A DNA stretch of 57,294 nt from an uncultured Candidatus Cloacimonadota bacterium (lineage in GTDB: Bacteria; Cloacimonadota; Cloacimonadia; Cloacimonadales; Cloacimonadaceae): assembly GCA_964463825.1 (NCBI GenBank), contig CAYXEF010000005.1:1-57294 (forward strand). The letters run 5' to 3'. Each line of letters starts with the position of its first letter. Position 1 is the first letter of the stretch. Below are positions 1 to 9,212 of this stretch, piece after piece. A program made the translations under genes and the position numbers. The notes beneath the pieces were generated by a model that saw only the letters and a list, made by a program, of their open reading frames with translations, did no database searches and had not been told where the DNA came from.

Positions 1-123
1 TTGAACCACTACAGATGAAAATACGGCTGGTGTAAAAAATGGGGGAATGCCAATGGCTCTTTTTCATTGACACAATTCGCAGATGTGGAGATAAAGGAAA
101 AAATGCTGATTTGGGAGTCTATC

Positions 124-1962
124 ATGAAGAGACTTGTAGCTTTGAATATCCGGCCCGCGGCTCTGTTCGTCGTGATCGCGCTGCTGTTGGCCGCCGTTCC
201 CGTCTGGTCCCAGACGGATTATTTCGCCGTTGATGTGGACGACCTCTTCGGCCTCTGGTATGGCGAAAGCGACTGGGGCGACTTCGACAACGATAACGAC
301 CTTGACCTGCTGATGGCGGGCTACGGCCTGGTCACCGGACAGGGTTACAACAAATTCTACCGCAATGACGGCAACTCCGTTTTTACTCTTCTGACCACTG
401 ATCTGCTGGGCACCGGCAACGGCACCGTGCGCTTCGCCGACCTCGATGGGGACGGCGACCTCGACGCCCTGGTCTGCGGCCAGGTGGCCAGCAACGTGGA
501 CACCACGCGCGTGTATGTCAATAATTCCGGCGTCTTTGCCGACAGCGGAACGACCCTGCCGCGGCGGGTCTCCAGCTGGATGAGCGTGGGCGATTACGAC
601 AACGACGGCGATCTGGACATTTTGCTCACCGGCGGCACGATCGACGCCCCCAGCGTGGGCTACGTGCATATCCTGCGCAATGATGGCGCGTTCCAATTCA
701 CACCGGTCGAAGTGCTCACACCCGGCATCCGCAACGGCAACGCGGAATTCGGCGACTACAACGGCGACGGCTGGCTGGACATCGCGCTGACGGGTTCCGC
801 GGGCTCCGGCAACTATATCTCCAAAATCCTGCGCGGCAGCCCCGAAGGTACTTTCACCGATATCGACGCCGGGCTCTACGGTCTCCGCTACAGCCGTATC
901 GCCTGGGTCGATTATGACTGCGACGGCGATCTGGACGTCATTCTCAGCGGCTCCTATTCCAATGAAGCCCCCAGCCTTTTCAGGCTGTACCGCAACGACG
1001 GCGGCGACACCTTCACCGAAGTCACCCAATCCAACGTCCAGGGCGAACGCCAGGGCGATCTGGTCTGGGGCGATATCAACAACGACGGCTACGCGGACAT
1101 CATCGTCAACGGCTTGCTCACCAACACTTCGATCGTGGAAAACCTCTACCTCTATAATACGCAAACCGGCTTCTACGAAAACACACAGACCCTCACCTAC
1201 CTCAAATACGCCGCCATTTCTCTCGGCGACTACGACAACGACAACAGACTGGACATGAGCGCCAGCGGGTACTACGATTATCAGGTCTACTGGAACAAAC
1301 TCTACCATAATATCGGGGTAACGGCCAACACGCCGCCCACACCGCCATCCGGCCTGAACGAGGTCGTCTCGGACAACATCGTGACCCTGGGCTGGGATCC
1401 GGGCTCCGATGCCCAAACCCCGGCAGCCGGACTCACCTACAACGTCCGCATTGGCACCACCCCCGGCGGCCACGAGGTCCTGCCTGCCATGGCCAATTCC
1501 GCCACCGGCTGGCGCAAGGTCGCCCGTCCCGGCAACGCTTGGCAGCGCAATTTCTATCATCTGCCCGATCTGCCCAACGGCGTCTATTACTGGAGTGTGC
1601 AGGCCATCGACAACGCCTTCGCCGGATCGGCCTTCGCGACCGAGCGCAGCTTTACTGTCGGAACGGCGAACGAGGACCAAGTCCTCTCCCCCATTTCCGG
1701 CATCAGCGCCAGACCCAATCCCTTTGCCGGAGAAATCCGGATCTCGGTCGCGCTTAAAAATCCCACGGAATTCGACGCCAGGATCTACAACCTGAAAGGT
1801 CAATTGGTCAAGACCTTGGATGCTGAATCCGCCAACCCCACTGATGACTTGGTCTGGAACGGCTTTGACGATCAGGGCCACAGGCTTCCCGCCGGCATCT
1901 ATCTGCTGCGGGTGCAATCCGGCGACCAGATCCAGACCCGTAAAATAATGAAAATCCAATAG
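124..1962 (+). CDS. Secreted FG-GAP/VCBS-repeat beta-propeller protein with Fn3-like domain and C-terminal FlgD-Ig (T9SS-CTD-like) tail
   Basis: Signal peptide MKRLVALNIRPAALFVVIALLLAAVPVWSQ. About seven GD(F/Y)DNDxDLD(L/I) repeats. C-terminal PNPF...IYNLKGQLVKTL...WNGFDDQG...AGIYLLRV...RKIMKIQ. ATG 124 preferred over TTG 67 because GGGAG precedes it and TTGACA at 67 looks like a -35 box. Confidence 0.85.
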   Translation: MKRLVALNIRPAALFVVIALLLAAVPVWSQTDYFAVDVDDLFGLWYGESDWGDFDNDNDLDLLMAGYGLVTGQGYNKFYRNDGNSVFTLLTTDLLGTGNGTVRFADLDGDGDLDALVCGQVASNVDTTRVYVNNSGVFADSGTTLPRRVSSWMSVGDYDNDGDLDILLTGGTIDAPSVGYVHILRNDGAFQFTPVEVLTPGIRNGNAEFGDYNGDGWLDIALTGSAGSGNYISKILRGSPEGTFTDIDAGLYGLRYSRIAWVDYDCDGDLDVILSGSYSNEAPSLFRLYRNDGGDTFTEVTQSNVQGERQGDLVWGDINNDGYADIIVNGLLTNTSIVENLYLYNTQTGFYENTQTLTYLKYAAISLGDYDNDNRLDMSASGYYDYQVYWNKLYHNIGVTANTPPTPPSGLNEVVSDNIVTLGWDPGSDAQTPAAGLTYNVRIGTTPGGHEVLPAMANSATGWRKVARPGNAWQRNFYHLPDLPNGVYYWSVQAIDNAFAGSAFATERSFTVGTANEDQVLSPISGISARPNPFAGEIRISVALKNPTEFDARIYNLKGQLVKTLDAESANPTDDLVWNGFDDQGHRLPAGIYLLRVQSGDQIQTRKIMKIQ

Positions 1963-1972
1963 GAGTACATAC

Positions 1973-4417
1973 ATGAAAAAGACACTCATCCTACTCATCA
2001 TCGCTCTGGCGGCCTCCGCGGCCTTCGGCTGGGATCTCATCCGCCAGGCTGCCTTCCCTACCAACTTCTACACCCTCGAAAAGATCGGCAACACTATCTG
2101 GGCCGGCGGTTATGTCGGCGGTGTGGCCAAATCCACCGACGACGGACTGAGCTGGTCCTTTGTGGAAACTCCGGCCTACAATGCCGAAACTTCAGATTAC
2201 AAGGATGTCTGGGGAATTGATTTCATCGACCAGAACAATGGCATAATGGTCGGCGACGACGGCATGGTGGCTCTGACCACGGATGGTGGTACGACCTGGA
2301 ACTGGCCGGCTTCTGCACAGGCCGTGATCGGTACCACCCGCATGTACGGCGCTGTCTATTTCCCGGACGGGCGCATCTGGATCTGCGGCTATGACGGCAA
2401 GATCGGCTATTCGCCAGATCATGGCCAGACATGGTCCCTGCAGGGCGTGGGCGTGACCACCGTGATCGGCTACGGTATCTCCATGAACGCCTCCGGAGTG
2501 GGTTTTATTGCCCTCAACAACGGTGATCCCGACCAGTCCAAGATCCTCAAAACCACGGATTTCGGGGTCACCTGGACCCTGGTCAACCTCACCATCGCCG
2601 GCAATCCCACCCTCTACAAAGTCCGCCACTTCGGCAACAAAGTCGTTCTCTGCGGCGACAAAGGCTATATCGGCTACAGCGATGACAATGGCGCTACTTG
2701 GACCCACTATCCCAATGCCGCCGGAACACTCACCTCCGATGCCATGCGTGACGTGATCATGGACGGCAACACAGGCTACGCGGTGGGCAGAAACGCCCGC
2801 TTGCTAGTGACTTCCGACGGTTGGGCGACCTGGACGCTGGTCACACACAATTTCAATCCCTATTTCGAAGGTATCGTATTCCGCACTGACGGGAGCCTGC
2901 TGGCCTGTGGCTGGCAGGGCACGCTTTCCATATCGAACGACCAGGGCATCACCTGGGAAGACCAGGTCCCCACAGCAATCGATCTCTGGCAGGCCAGCAT
3001 CGTAGATGCCGACACCTGGTACATCGCCGGGGACAAGGGCACGATCCTGAAAACCGTCGACGGCGGGCAGACCGTGCTCAAAAAAGGCATCGCGGGCAGC
3101 GTTGACCTGTATTACGCAGTATATTTCAAAAACGCCAGCGAAGGCTGGATATCCGGTAAAACCACCGGCAAGATCTATCATACCGTCAATGGCGGCGACA
3201 CCTGGTCCACCTTCACCGTGCCGGGATTTGCAGCTACCAAGTCCTACCGGGACTTCTTCTTCATCAACGACACGACCGGCTATCTCCTCGGGGTGGGCGG
3301 AATGGTGACCAAAACTACAGACGGCGGCCTGACCTGGACTTCCCTCGCCGATAACATCAACCCCGCCCATAGCCTATTTTGCACCTATTGGAAGACCGAG
3401 CAGAACGGCTTTGCAGGCAGCGGCTCCGGTTTGCTCTACATCACCACCAATGGTGGCACGGTCTGGTCACCCATCACCGTAGGCGGATCCGCCAATATCC
3501 GCGACATCTGGTTCCGCGATGCCAATAACGGCGTGCTGGTGAAGGAAAACGGCGAAATCTGGTACACTCTCACCGGCGGCAACACCGCCGCGAGCTGGAT
3601 TGCGGCGTCCGAATCCGCAAATTCTCAGATCTGCAGCGTGATGTGCGACTACAACGGAGTTTACTGGGCTGCCGGCTATAGTAATGAACCCAGCCAACTG
3701 GGAAACTCCTGGGCGCTGATGAAATCCCTGGATTACGGAGTAACCTGGACGCAGGAGACTTTCCCAGCCCTTACTTTCAATTCCACACGTTTCTCCGGTA
3801 TCAGCGCCGGCGGCGGCAAGATCGTAGCCGTGGGCAAAAACAACCTGATCGTGGCGCAATTGGAGATCCCGGAACACGTGACGTTGGTTTCGCCTCCCGA
3901 CAACAGCACCGGGCTGGATCCCGCCAATGTTGTCCTGTCCTGGAATCCATCCCCGTATGGCTCCCAGGCGGAATTTTACTCTGTGTTCCTGAGCCAGGAT
4001 CTGGAGACCATCTTCGACGACCAATACTTTGAGACCACAGACACCAGCTTCAACCTCTCCGCCGCGCCGGGAGTCGATCTGGGCTATGCCACCACCTGGT
4101 ATTGGGCGATCTTGCCGGTCAACGAGATCCTGGACACCCCGGATCCCAATTCTCCGGAATTCATGATCTGGCGCTTCACCACCATGGAAGGCGCTGGTTT
4201 GGACATCCCGGAAGTCGGTATAGAAAGACTGGCGGATCAGATCCGCCTCTACTGGGCGGCCATCCCCAACGCCGTGCTCTACAACGTCTATGCCAGCAGC
4301 GATCCGATGACCGGATTCAGCTTCCTCGAGGATACGGACCAACCTGAGTATCTGATCACCACACCCGGCGACAAACAGTTCTTCAAAGTAACTGCCAGCG
4401 ACGAAGCCGGCGAATAG
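1973..4417 (+). CDS. Secreted YCF48/BNR (Asp-box) repeat beta-propeller protein with Ig/Fn3-like C-terminal domains
   Basis: AGGAG RBS, signal peptide MKKTLILLIIALAASAAFG, many (S/T)xDGGxTW Asp-box repeats. Confidence 0.85.
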   Translation: MKKTLILLIIALAASAAFGWDLIRQAAFPTNFYTLEKIGNTIWAGGYVGGVAKSTDDGLSWSFVETPAYNAETSDYKDVWGIDFIDQNNGIMVGDDGMVALTTDGGTTWNWPASAQAVIGTTRMYGAVYFPDGRIWICGYDGKIGYSPDHGQTWSLQGVGVTTVIGYGISMNASGVGFIALNNGDPDQSKILKTTDFGVTWTLVNLTIAGNPTLYKVRHFGNKVVLCGDKGYIGYSDDNGATWTHYPNAAGTLTSDAMRDVIMDGNTGYAVGRNARLLVTSDGWATWTLVTHNFNPYFEGIVFRTDGSLLACGWQGTLSISNDQGITWEDQVPTAIDLWQASIVDADTWYIAGDKGTILKTVDGGQTVLKKGIAGSVDLYYAVYFKNASEGWISGKTTGKIYHTVNGGDTWSTFTVPGFAATKSYRDFFFINDTTGYLLGVGGMVTKTTDGGLTWTSLADNINPAHSLFCTYWKTEQNGFAGSGSGLLYITTNGGTVWSPITVGGSANIRDIWFRDANNGVLVKENGEIWYTLTGGNTAASWIAASESANSQICSVMCDYNGVYWAAGYSNEPSQLGNSWALMKSLDYGVTWTQETFPALTFNSTRFSGISAGGGKIVAVGKNNLIVAQLEIPEHVTLVSPPDNSTGLDPANVVLSWNPSPYGSQAEFYSVFLSQDLETIFDDQYFETTDTSFNLSAAPGVDLGYATTWYWAILPVNEILDTPDPNSPEFMIWRFTTMEGAGLDIPEVGIERLADQIRLYWAAIPNAVLYNVYASSDPMTGFSFLEDTDQPEYLITTPGDKQFFKVTASDEAGE

Positions 4418-4437
4418 GATTACTCTGCCACAGCATG

Positions 4438-4464
4438 GGGCGGGATACTATTCCCGCCCTTTTT
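4438..4464 (+). terminator. Rho-independent terminator
   Basis: GGGCGGGA-loop-TCCCGCCC followed by TTTTT, about 20 nt after the stop at 4417. Confidence 0.8.
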
Positions 4465-4557
4465 CTCTGTCCTCCTCCGAGCTCAGGATACAGGTGTGAT
4501 GCCTGATCGGGATGTCTATCATAGAACTGGAATGAGATCAGGTCTACAGATGCAACA

Positions 4558-4579
4558 AGGCCGGAATCGCTTCCGGCCT
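4558..4579 (-). terminator. Probable terminator of the kor-mce operon
   Basis: AGGCCGGAA-TCGC-TTCCGGCCT stem, followed by TGTTG on the minus strand, just past the mce stop. Confidence 0.55.
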
Positions 4580-4604
4580 CGAATTGACATATCGGTTATT
4601 CTGT

Positions 4605-5015
4605 TCAGTTTTTAACTTGGCATTCCTGGCAGAATTCGATCAGCACGCCAAGGCTGGATTTGGGGTGCAGGAAGGCGATCTCGGCATGATGCGCGCCAGG
4701 GCGGGGCTCCTTGTCGATGAGCCGGATGCCGTCCGCTTCCACTTTGGCAAGTTCTGCCGGCAGGTCATCAACCGCAAAGGCGATATGCTGGATGCCGGAG
4801 CCGCGTTTCTCGATGAATTTGGCGATGGGGCTTTCGGGATCGGTGGGCGCCAGCAGTTCGATGCGCGTGTCGCCGCAGGGGAAAAAGGCCACTTTCACCA
4901 TTTGGGAAGGGACTTCCTCCGTGCCTTCCAGTTTGAGGCCCAGCTTCTCATAGAAGGCAATTCCGGCTTCCAGGTCCTCGACCGCGATGCCGATATGGGA
5001 GATATATTTGATCAT
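4605..5015 (-). CDS. mce: Methylmalonyl-CoA epimerase (VOC/glyoxalase fold)
   Basis: HIGIAV, IELLAP, KFIEKRGSGIQHIAFAV, AFLHPKS..GVLIE motifs. Confidence 0.9.
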   Translation of the reverse strand: MIKYISHIGIAVEDLEAGIAFYEKLGLKLEGTEEVPSQMVKVAFFPCGDTRIELLAPTDPESPIAKFIEKRGSGIQHIAFAVDDLPAELAKVEADGIRLIDKEPRPGAHHAEIAFLHPKSSLGVLIEFCQECQVKN

Positions 5016-5025
5016 CGCGTTGCTC

Positions 5026-5571
5026 CTATTTGGCGTAATTGACGGCGAGTTCGAAACCCAGATTCATCGCCTGCAGGTTCAGATCCACAAAGGCCGGTTT
5101 GACCGTTTCGCTGATCGCCTGTTTGAGCGAGGCTTCCTTAACGATACCTGTGACCTTGACCAAGAAGGCCAGTGAGAGGATGTTGGTACTGATGGGGCTG
5201 CCGAGTTTCTCGATGGCGATGTCCGTGAAGGGGAGTTCATATGTGTTTTCAGCGGCCAGTGCAAGGTTTTTCACATTGGTGGTGTCGATGATCAGGATGC
5301 CGTTCTCGCGCAAGTCGAAGAGATATTTGTCGCAGGCTTCCTGGGTGAGGGCGAGCAGGCAGTCGAAGTTGGTGGCTTCCGGAAAATGGATCTCGCGGTC
5401 GCTGATGATGACATCAGCGCGGGAGGAGCCGCCGCGGGACTCGGGACCGTAGCTCTGGGTCTGCGTGACACGGCGCTTGTCCAACACGGCCGCCCGGGCC
5501 AGGATAATGCCGGCCAGGATCAGGCCCTGCCCACCGCTGCCGGATAGCCGGATCTCGTAATTGGTGATCAT
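5026..5571 (-). CDS. korC: 2-oxoacid:ferredoxin oxidoreductase gamma subunit
   Basis: EIRLSGSGGQGLIL, QSYGPESRGGSSRADV. Start set at ATG 5571, which overlaps the beta-subunit stop; the ORF-track extension to 6000 lies inside korB. Confidence 0.88.
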   Translation of the reverse strand: MITNYEIRLSGSGGQGLILAGIILARAAVLDKRRVTQTQSYGPESRGGSSRADVIISDREIHFPEATNFDCLLALTQEACDKYLFDLRENGILIIDTTNVKNLALAAENTYELPFTDIAIEKLGSPISTNILSLAFLVKVTGIVKEASLKQAISETVKPAFVDLNLQAMNLGFELAVNYAK

Positions 5572-6410
5572 GCTTCGACTCCTTTGGCCTGCACTCGCTT
5601 GACAAGATCTGCATAGACGGAGCAGAATTCCGGCCGGATCTCCCGGCGCAGTACTCCGCGCAACATCTTGCCAGCCACTTTCTCCGGCGGAAGCTTGTCG
5701 GCTGCGGATAATGGAAGTGAATTGTCCCGCATATCTTTCAGCATCTGGGCCGGACCGCCTTTCTTGTTCAGGCGGCCAAAGATCACAGGGCAGGAGCTGA
5801 TGATCTCGATCAGGGAAAAACCCGGATGCTCGATCGCTTCCTTGACCATGGTCTGGGTTTCCTGCGTGTGGAAGGCCGTGGTGCGCGCCACATAGCTGGC
5901 GCCGGCGCCCATGGCCAGGTCGCAGATGTTGAAATCCGGCTCGATATTGCCGTAGGGGGCGGTGGTGGCGATCGCTTCGTGCGGCGTGGTGGGGGAACAT
6001 TGTCCGCCGGTCATGCCGTAGATGTTGTTGTTGATCAGGATCACGGTGAGGTCGATGTTACGACGGGCTGCGTGGATAAGGTGGTTGCCGCCGATGGCGG
6101 TGGCGTCGCCGTCGCCGGTGACCACGATGACCTTTAGCTGCGGTTTGTGCAGTTTGACGCCGGTGGCATATGCGATGGCGCGGCCATGCAGGGTATGCAG
6201 GGTGTTGAAATCCACATAGACCGGCATGCGCGAGGAGCAGCCGATCCCTGAAACCATGACGATGTCGTCGCGATCGATGTTCATGCCCGCCAGGGCGCGG
6301 ATGATCGAGCCCAGGACGATACCGTTGGAACAACCGGCGCACCAGACGTGGGGGAATTTTTTATCGTGGCGCAGGTATTCGTGGATGACGCGTTGCGGAA
6401 TGGTGGCCAT
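5568..6410 (-). CDS. korB: 2-oxoacid:ferredoxin oxidoreductase beta (TPP-binding) subunit
   Basis: WCAGC, SGIGCSS, TLHGRA, GDGD TPP motif, NNNIYGMTGGQCSPTT. Confidence 0.92.
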   Translation of the reverse strand: MATIPQRVIHEYLRHDKKFPHVWCAGCSNGIVLGSIIRALAGMNIDRDDIVMVSGIGCSSRMPVYVDFNTLHTLHGRAIAYATGVKLHKPQLKVIVVTGDGDATAIGGNHLIHAARRNIDLTVILINNNIYGMTGGQCSPTTPHEAIATTAPYGNIEPDFNICDLAMGAGASYVARTTAFHTQETQTMVKEAIEHPGFSLIEIISSCPVIFGRLNKKGGPAQMLKDMRDNSLPLSAADKLPPEKVAGKMLRGVLRREIRPEFCSVYADLVKRVQAKGVEA

Positions 6411-7636
6411 TACATTCCCTCCTTCATTTTGCGCAGGATGTCCGCAGGTGAGATCAATTTGCCGTTGACACGCTGGATTTTGATCAGTTTGCTGTCGCTG
6501 CGGTCTTTGACCAAGCGCTGGATCTCGCGTACCAACTGGCCCTGGTTGAGTTCCGGAACAACCACGATGTCCACATCACGCAGCATTTTGCTGACCGCAT
6601 CGTCCGGGAAAGGCCAAATGGTCAGCGGCCGCAGCAATCCCACCGGGATACCTTCCTGGCGGGCCATGACCACGGCGGCTTTGGCGGCTCGGGCGACGAT
6701 GCCGGCGGCGAAGATCGCGATCCTGGCATCCTCCATCTCAAAGCTCTCGATCTGGACAAGGTCACGGATGTTGTAAGTGATCTTCTTACGCAGGCGTTCC
6801 ATCATGTCGGCCGCTTCGTTGGCCTTGTTGGTGGGGAAACCCAGCTGGTCGTGCGTGAGCCCGGTGACGTGAAAACGGTAGCCTTCGCCGTAACTGGCCA
6901 GGGGAGAGAGGTATTTTTGGTTTTCATCATAGTGCTTGTACCAGTGAGACGGGACGGTGGGTTTGATGCGGGAGATGACACGCACATTGGCCATGTCCGG
7001 CAGACGCACGCCCTCGCGCATGTGGCCCAACACCTCGTCCAGCAGCAGAATCACGCAAGTGCGGTATTTTTCTGCCAGGTTGATGGCCCGGATGGTAAGT
7101 TCGTAGCATTCCTTGACGCTGTCCGGATAGAGCACGATGGCCGGACTGTCGCCGTGACTGCCCCACCGGGATTGCTGAATGTCGCCTTGCGCGCAGCTGG
7201 TAGGCATGCCGGTGGAGGGTCCGACACGTTGGACGTTGACCACCACGCAAGGAGACTCGGTGATCTTGGCAAAACCGATGCCTTCCTGCATCAGGGAAAA
7301 ACCTGGTCCGGAGGTCGCTGTCAGGGCCTTGGCTCCGGCCAGGGAAGCGCCGGTGATCGCGCATATGCTGGCGATCTCGTCCTCCATCTGGACAAAGACG
7401 CCCCCGCGCTTGGGCAGTTCTATGGCCAGGATCTCAGCGATCTCGGTCGAAGGCGTGATCGGATAGCCGGCAAAAAAGTTGCAGCCGGCGTCCAAAGCGC
7501 CGTAGGCTACGGCTTCGTTGCCTTGCATGATGACCATCTTGCGCTCTCGCTGTTCCTGCAGTTCCTCCAGTTTGGTCGAGGTTTTCCTGGCTTTGGAAGG
7601 TCCCTTTATGGATTTGACAGTTGTCTTCTTGTTCAT
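6410..7636 (-). CDS. korA: 2-oxoacid:ferredoxin oxidoreductase alpha subunit
   Basis: GNEAVA, FAGYPITPSTEI, QMEDE, ATSGPGFSLMQE, QRVGPSTGMPT. ATG 7636 follows an AAGGA RBS. Confidence 0.92.
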   Translation of the reverse strand: MNKKTTVKSIKGPSKARKTSTKLEELQEQRERKMVIMQGNEAVAYGALDAGCNFFAGYPITPSTEIAEILAIELPKRGGVFVQMEDEIASICAITGASLAGAKALTATSGPGFSLMQEGIGFAKITESPCVVVNVQRVGPSTGMPTSCAQGDIQQSRWGSHGDSPAIVLYPDSVKECYELTIRAINLAEKYRTCVILLLDEVLGHMREGVRLPDMANVRVISRIKPTVPSHWYKHYDENQKYLSPLASYGEGYRFHVTGLTHDQLGFPTNKANEAADMMERLRKKITYNIRDLVQIESFEMEDARIAIFAAGIVARAAKAAVVMARQEGIPVGLLRPLTIWPFPDDAVSKMLRDVDIVVVPELNQGQLVREIQRLVKDRSDSKLIKIQRVNGKLISPADILRKMKEGM

Positions 7637-7646
7637 GGTCTGGTCC

Positions 7647-7946
7647 TTAGCGCTCTTTGGCGCCGGTAATGGCGAAGTCTGGGCAGAGACGGTCGCATGT
7701 TTCACAGTGGATGCATTTTTCCGGAGCAGCCACATAGGGCGAGCCGTCGGCTCTGCGGCCGAGGCAGCCGGTGGGGCAGAAAGCCACGCAGATGCCGCAT
7801 TTCTTGCACCAGTTGTAATAGATCAGGACGGGGGAATCCTTGTCGCCGGGGGCTTTGACTTCGGTGGCTTCCACCTCCATCTTTTCCGGCGCGTCTTCCT
7901 CGTGAATTATCATGCCCATGCGGTTTTTTTCCACTTTTTTAGGCAT
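7647..7946 (-). CDS. korD: 2[4Fe-4S] ferredoxin-like delta subunit of the oxidoreductase
   Basis: CKKCGICVAFCP and CIHCETCDRLCP motifs; GGAGG RBS. Confidence 0.88.
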   Translation of the reverse strand: MPKKVEKNRMGMIIHEEDAPEKMEVEATEVKAPGDKDSPVLIYYNWCKKCGICVAFCPTGCLGRRADGSPYVAAPEKCIHCETCDRLCPDFAITGAKER

Positions 7947-7991
7947 TTATCCTCCACATAATGGATATCATTCTCGGATCTCCTCTGTCCT

Positions 7992-9212
7992 TTAACTGTG
8001 TTGGGCCAGCACTTTCTTAAAGAAGTTGCCCAGGCGCTGGCACCCCTCGCGGTTGGTTTCCAGGGATTCGTAGGAGAAGTTCAGGCGCATGGTGTTCTGG
8101 CCGGTGCCGTCGCAGAAGAAGGAGGTGCCGGCTACATAGGCCACATTGGCTTCCTTGATGCAGTCCAGCAGCAGGGCGTTGGTATCGAGCCATTTTGGCC
8201 CGTAGGCCATGAGGAAGAGGCCTCCCTCGGGCTTGATCCAGGTAAATTCCTCGGGCATGAACTCCTGCAGGGATTCCAGCATCACCTTCTGCTTGGCCTG
8301 ATACATCTCGCGGATCTGAGCGATCTTGGGATCGAGGTAGCCCTTCTCGATGTAACGGGCGGCGATGCGTTGCGTGAAAGGCGGAGTGCAGAGGTCTGTG
8401 GCCTGCTTGGCGACTACGATCTTATCCAGGATATCCTCGTTGCCGACGACCCAGCCGATACGGAAACCCGGGCAGAAGATCTTGGAGAAGGTGCCCAGCA
8501 GCACGACCTGGCCGGTGCCGTCCAGCTCATAGATAGTACGCTGGTCCTGGCCTTCGTAGCGCAATTCCCGGTAAGGGCTGTCCTCGATGATCAGGATGTC
8601 ATAGCGGTGCGCGATGTTGATGATCTCTTTGCGGCGTTTTTCGCTCATGGTCATGCCGGCGGGATTCTGGAAGTCCGGTATCACATAGATGAATTTCGGT
8701 TTCTTGCCCCGGGCTATTGCTTCCTTGATCTTGGTTTCCATGATCTCTGGATTTTCGCCCTCATCGTCCATGGGGATGCCGACCATGTCGGCGCCGTAGG
8801 AATTGAAGGCGCTGAGGCCGCCCAGATAGGACGGCAGGCCGACGATTACGACGTCACCGCGATCGATGAAAATTTTGGCAATCAGATCCAGAGCCTGCTG
8901 CGAGGCGGTGGTGATGATCATGTTGTCAATGCTCAGATCCACGCCCACCTTCCTATAGCGGTTGACCATCATAGTGCGCAGCAGGGCGTCACCTTCCGTG
9001 GCACCGTATTGCAGGGCGAAAGCGGCTTCGGTCTCCATCACTTCCGCGATGATGCCTTTGAGTTCTTCCGTGGGAAACGAAGCCGGGGCGGGAAAGCCGC
9101 CGGAAAATGAGATCAGGCCCGGCTGGCCGAGAAATTTGAGCAGTTCGCGGATGGCCGAGCGCTTCATCCCGCGGACATTGGTGGAGATGATGTTTTGCAG
9201 GTCGGTGATCAT
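7992..9212 (-). CDS. PLP-dependent class I/II aminotransferase (LysN/2-aminoadipate- or aromatic-aminotransferase-like)
   Basis: SAIRELLK, ISFSGGFP, PDFQNPAG, IEDSPY, GTFSKIFCPGFRIGW (PLP lysine), MRLNFS. Confidence 0.9.
   Translation of the reverse strand: MITDLQNIISTNVRGMKRSAIRELLKFLGQPGLISFSGGFPAPASFPTEELKGIIAEVMETEAAFALQYGATEGDALLRTMMVNRYRKVGVDLSIDNMIITTASQQALDLIAKIFIDRGDVVIVGLPSYLGGLSAFNSYGADMVGIPMDDEGENPEIMETKIKEAIARGKKPKFIYVIPDFQNPAGMTMSEKRRKEIINIAHRYDILIIEDSPYRELRYEGQDQRTIYELDGTGQVVLLGTFSKIFCPGFRIGWVVGNEDILDKIVVAKQATDLCTPPFTQRIAARYIEKGYLDPKIAQIREMYQAKQKVMLESLQEFMPEEFTWIKPEGGLFLMAYGPKWLDTNALLLDCIKEANVAYVAGTSFFCDGTGQNTMRLNFSYESLETNREGCQRLGNFFKKVLAQHS

Noticed and set aside
64-2064. Long antisense ORFs (64-2064, 7998-9110, 26997-28289, 29366-30883, 31004-32434, 55903-57009 and similar)
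   Set aside because: They are shadows of well-supported genes on the opposite strand, expected from high-GC codon bias, and have no motifs or RBS.
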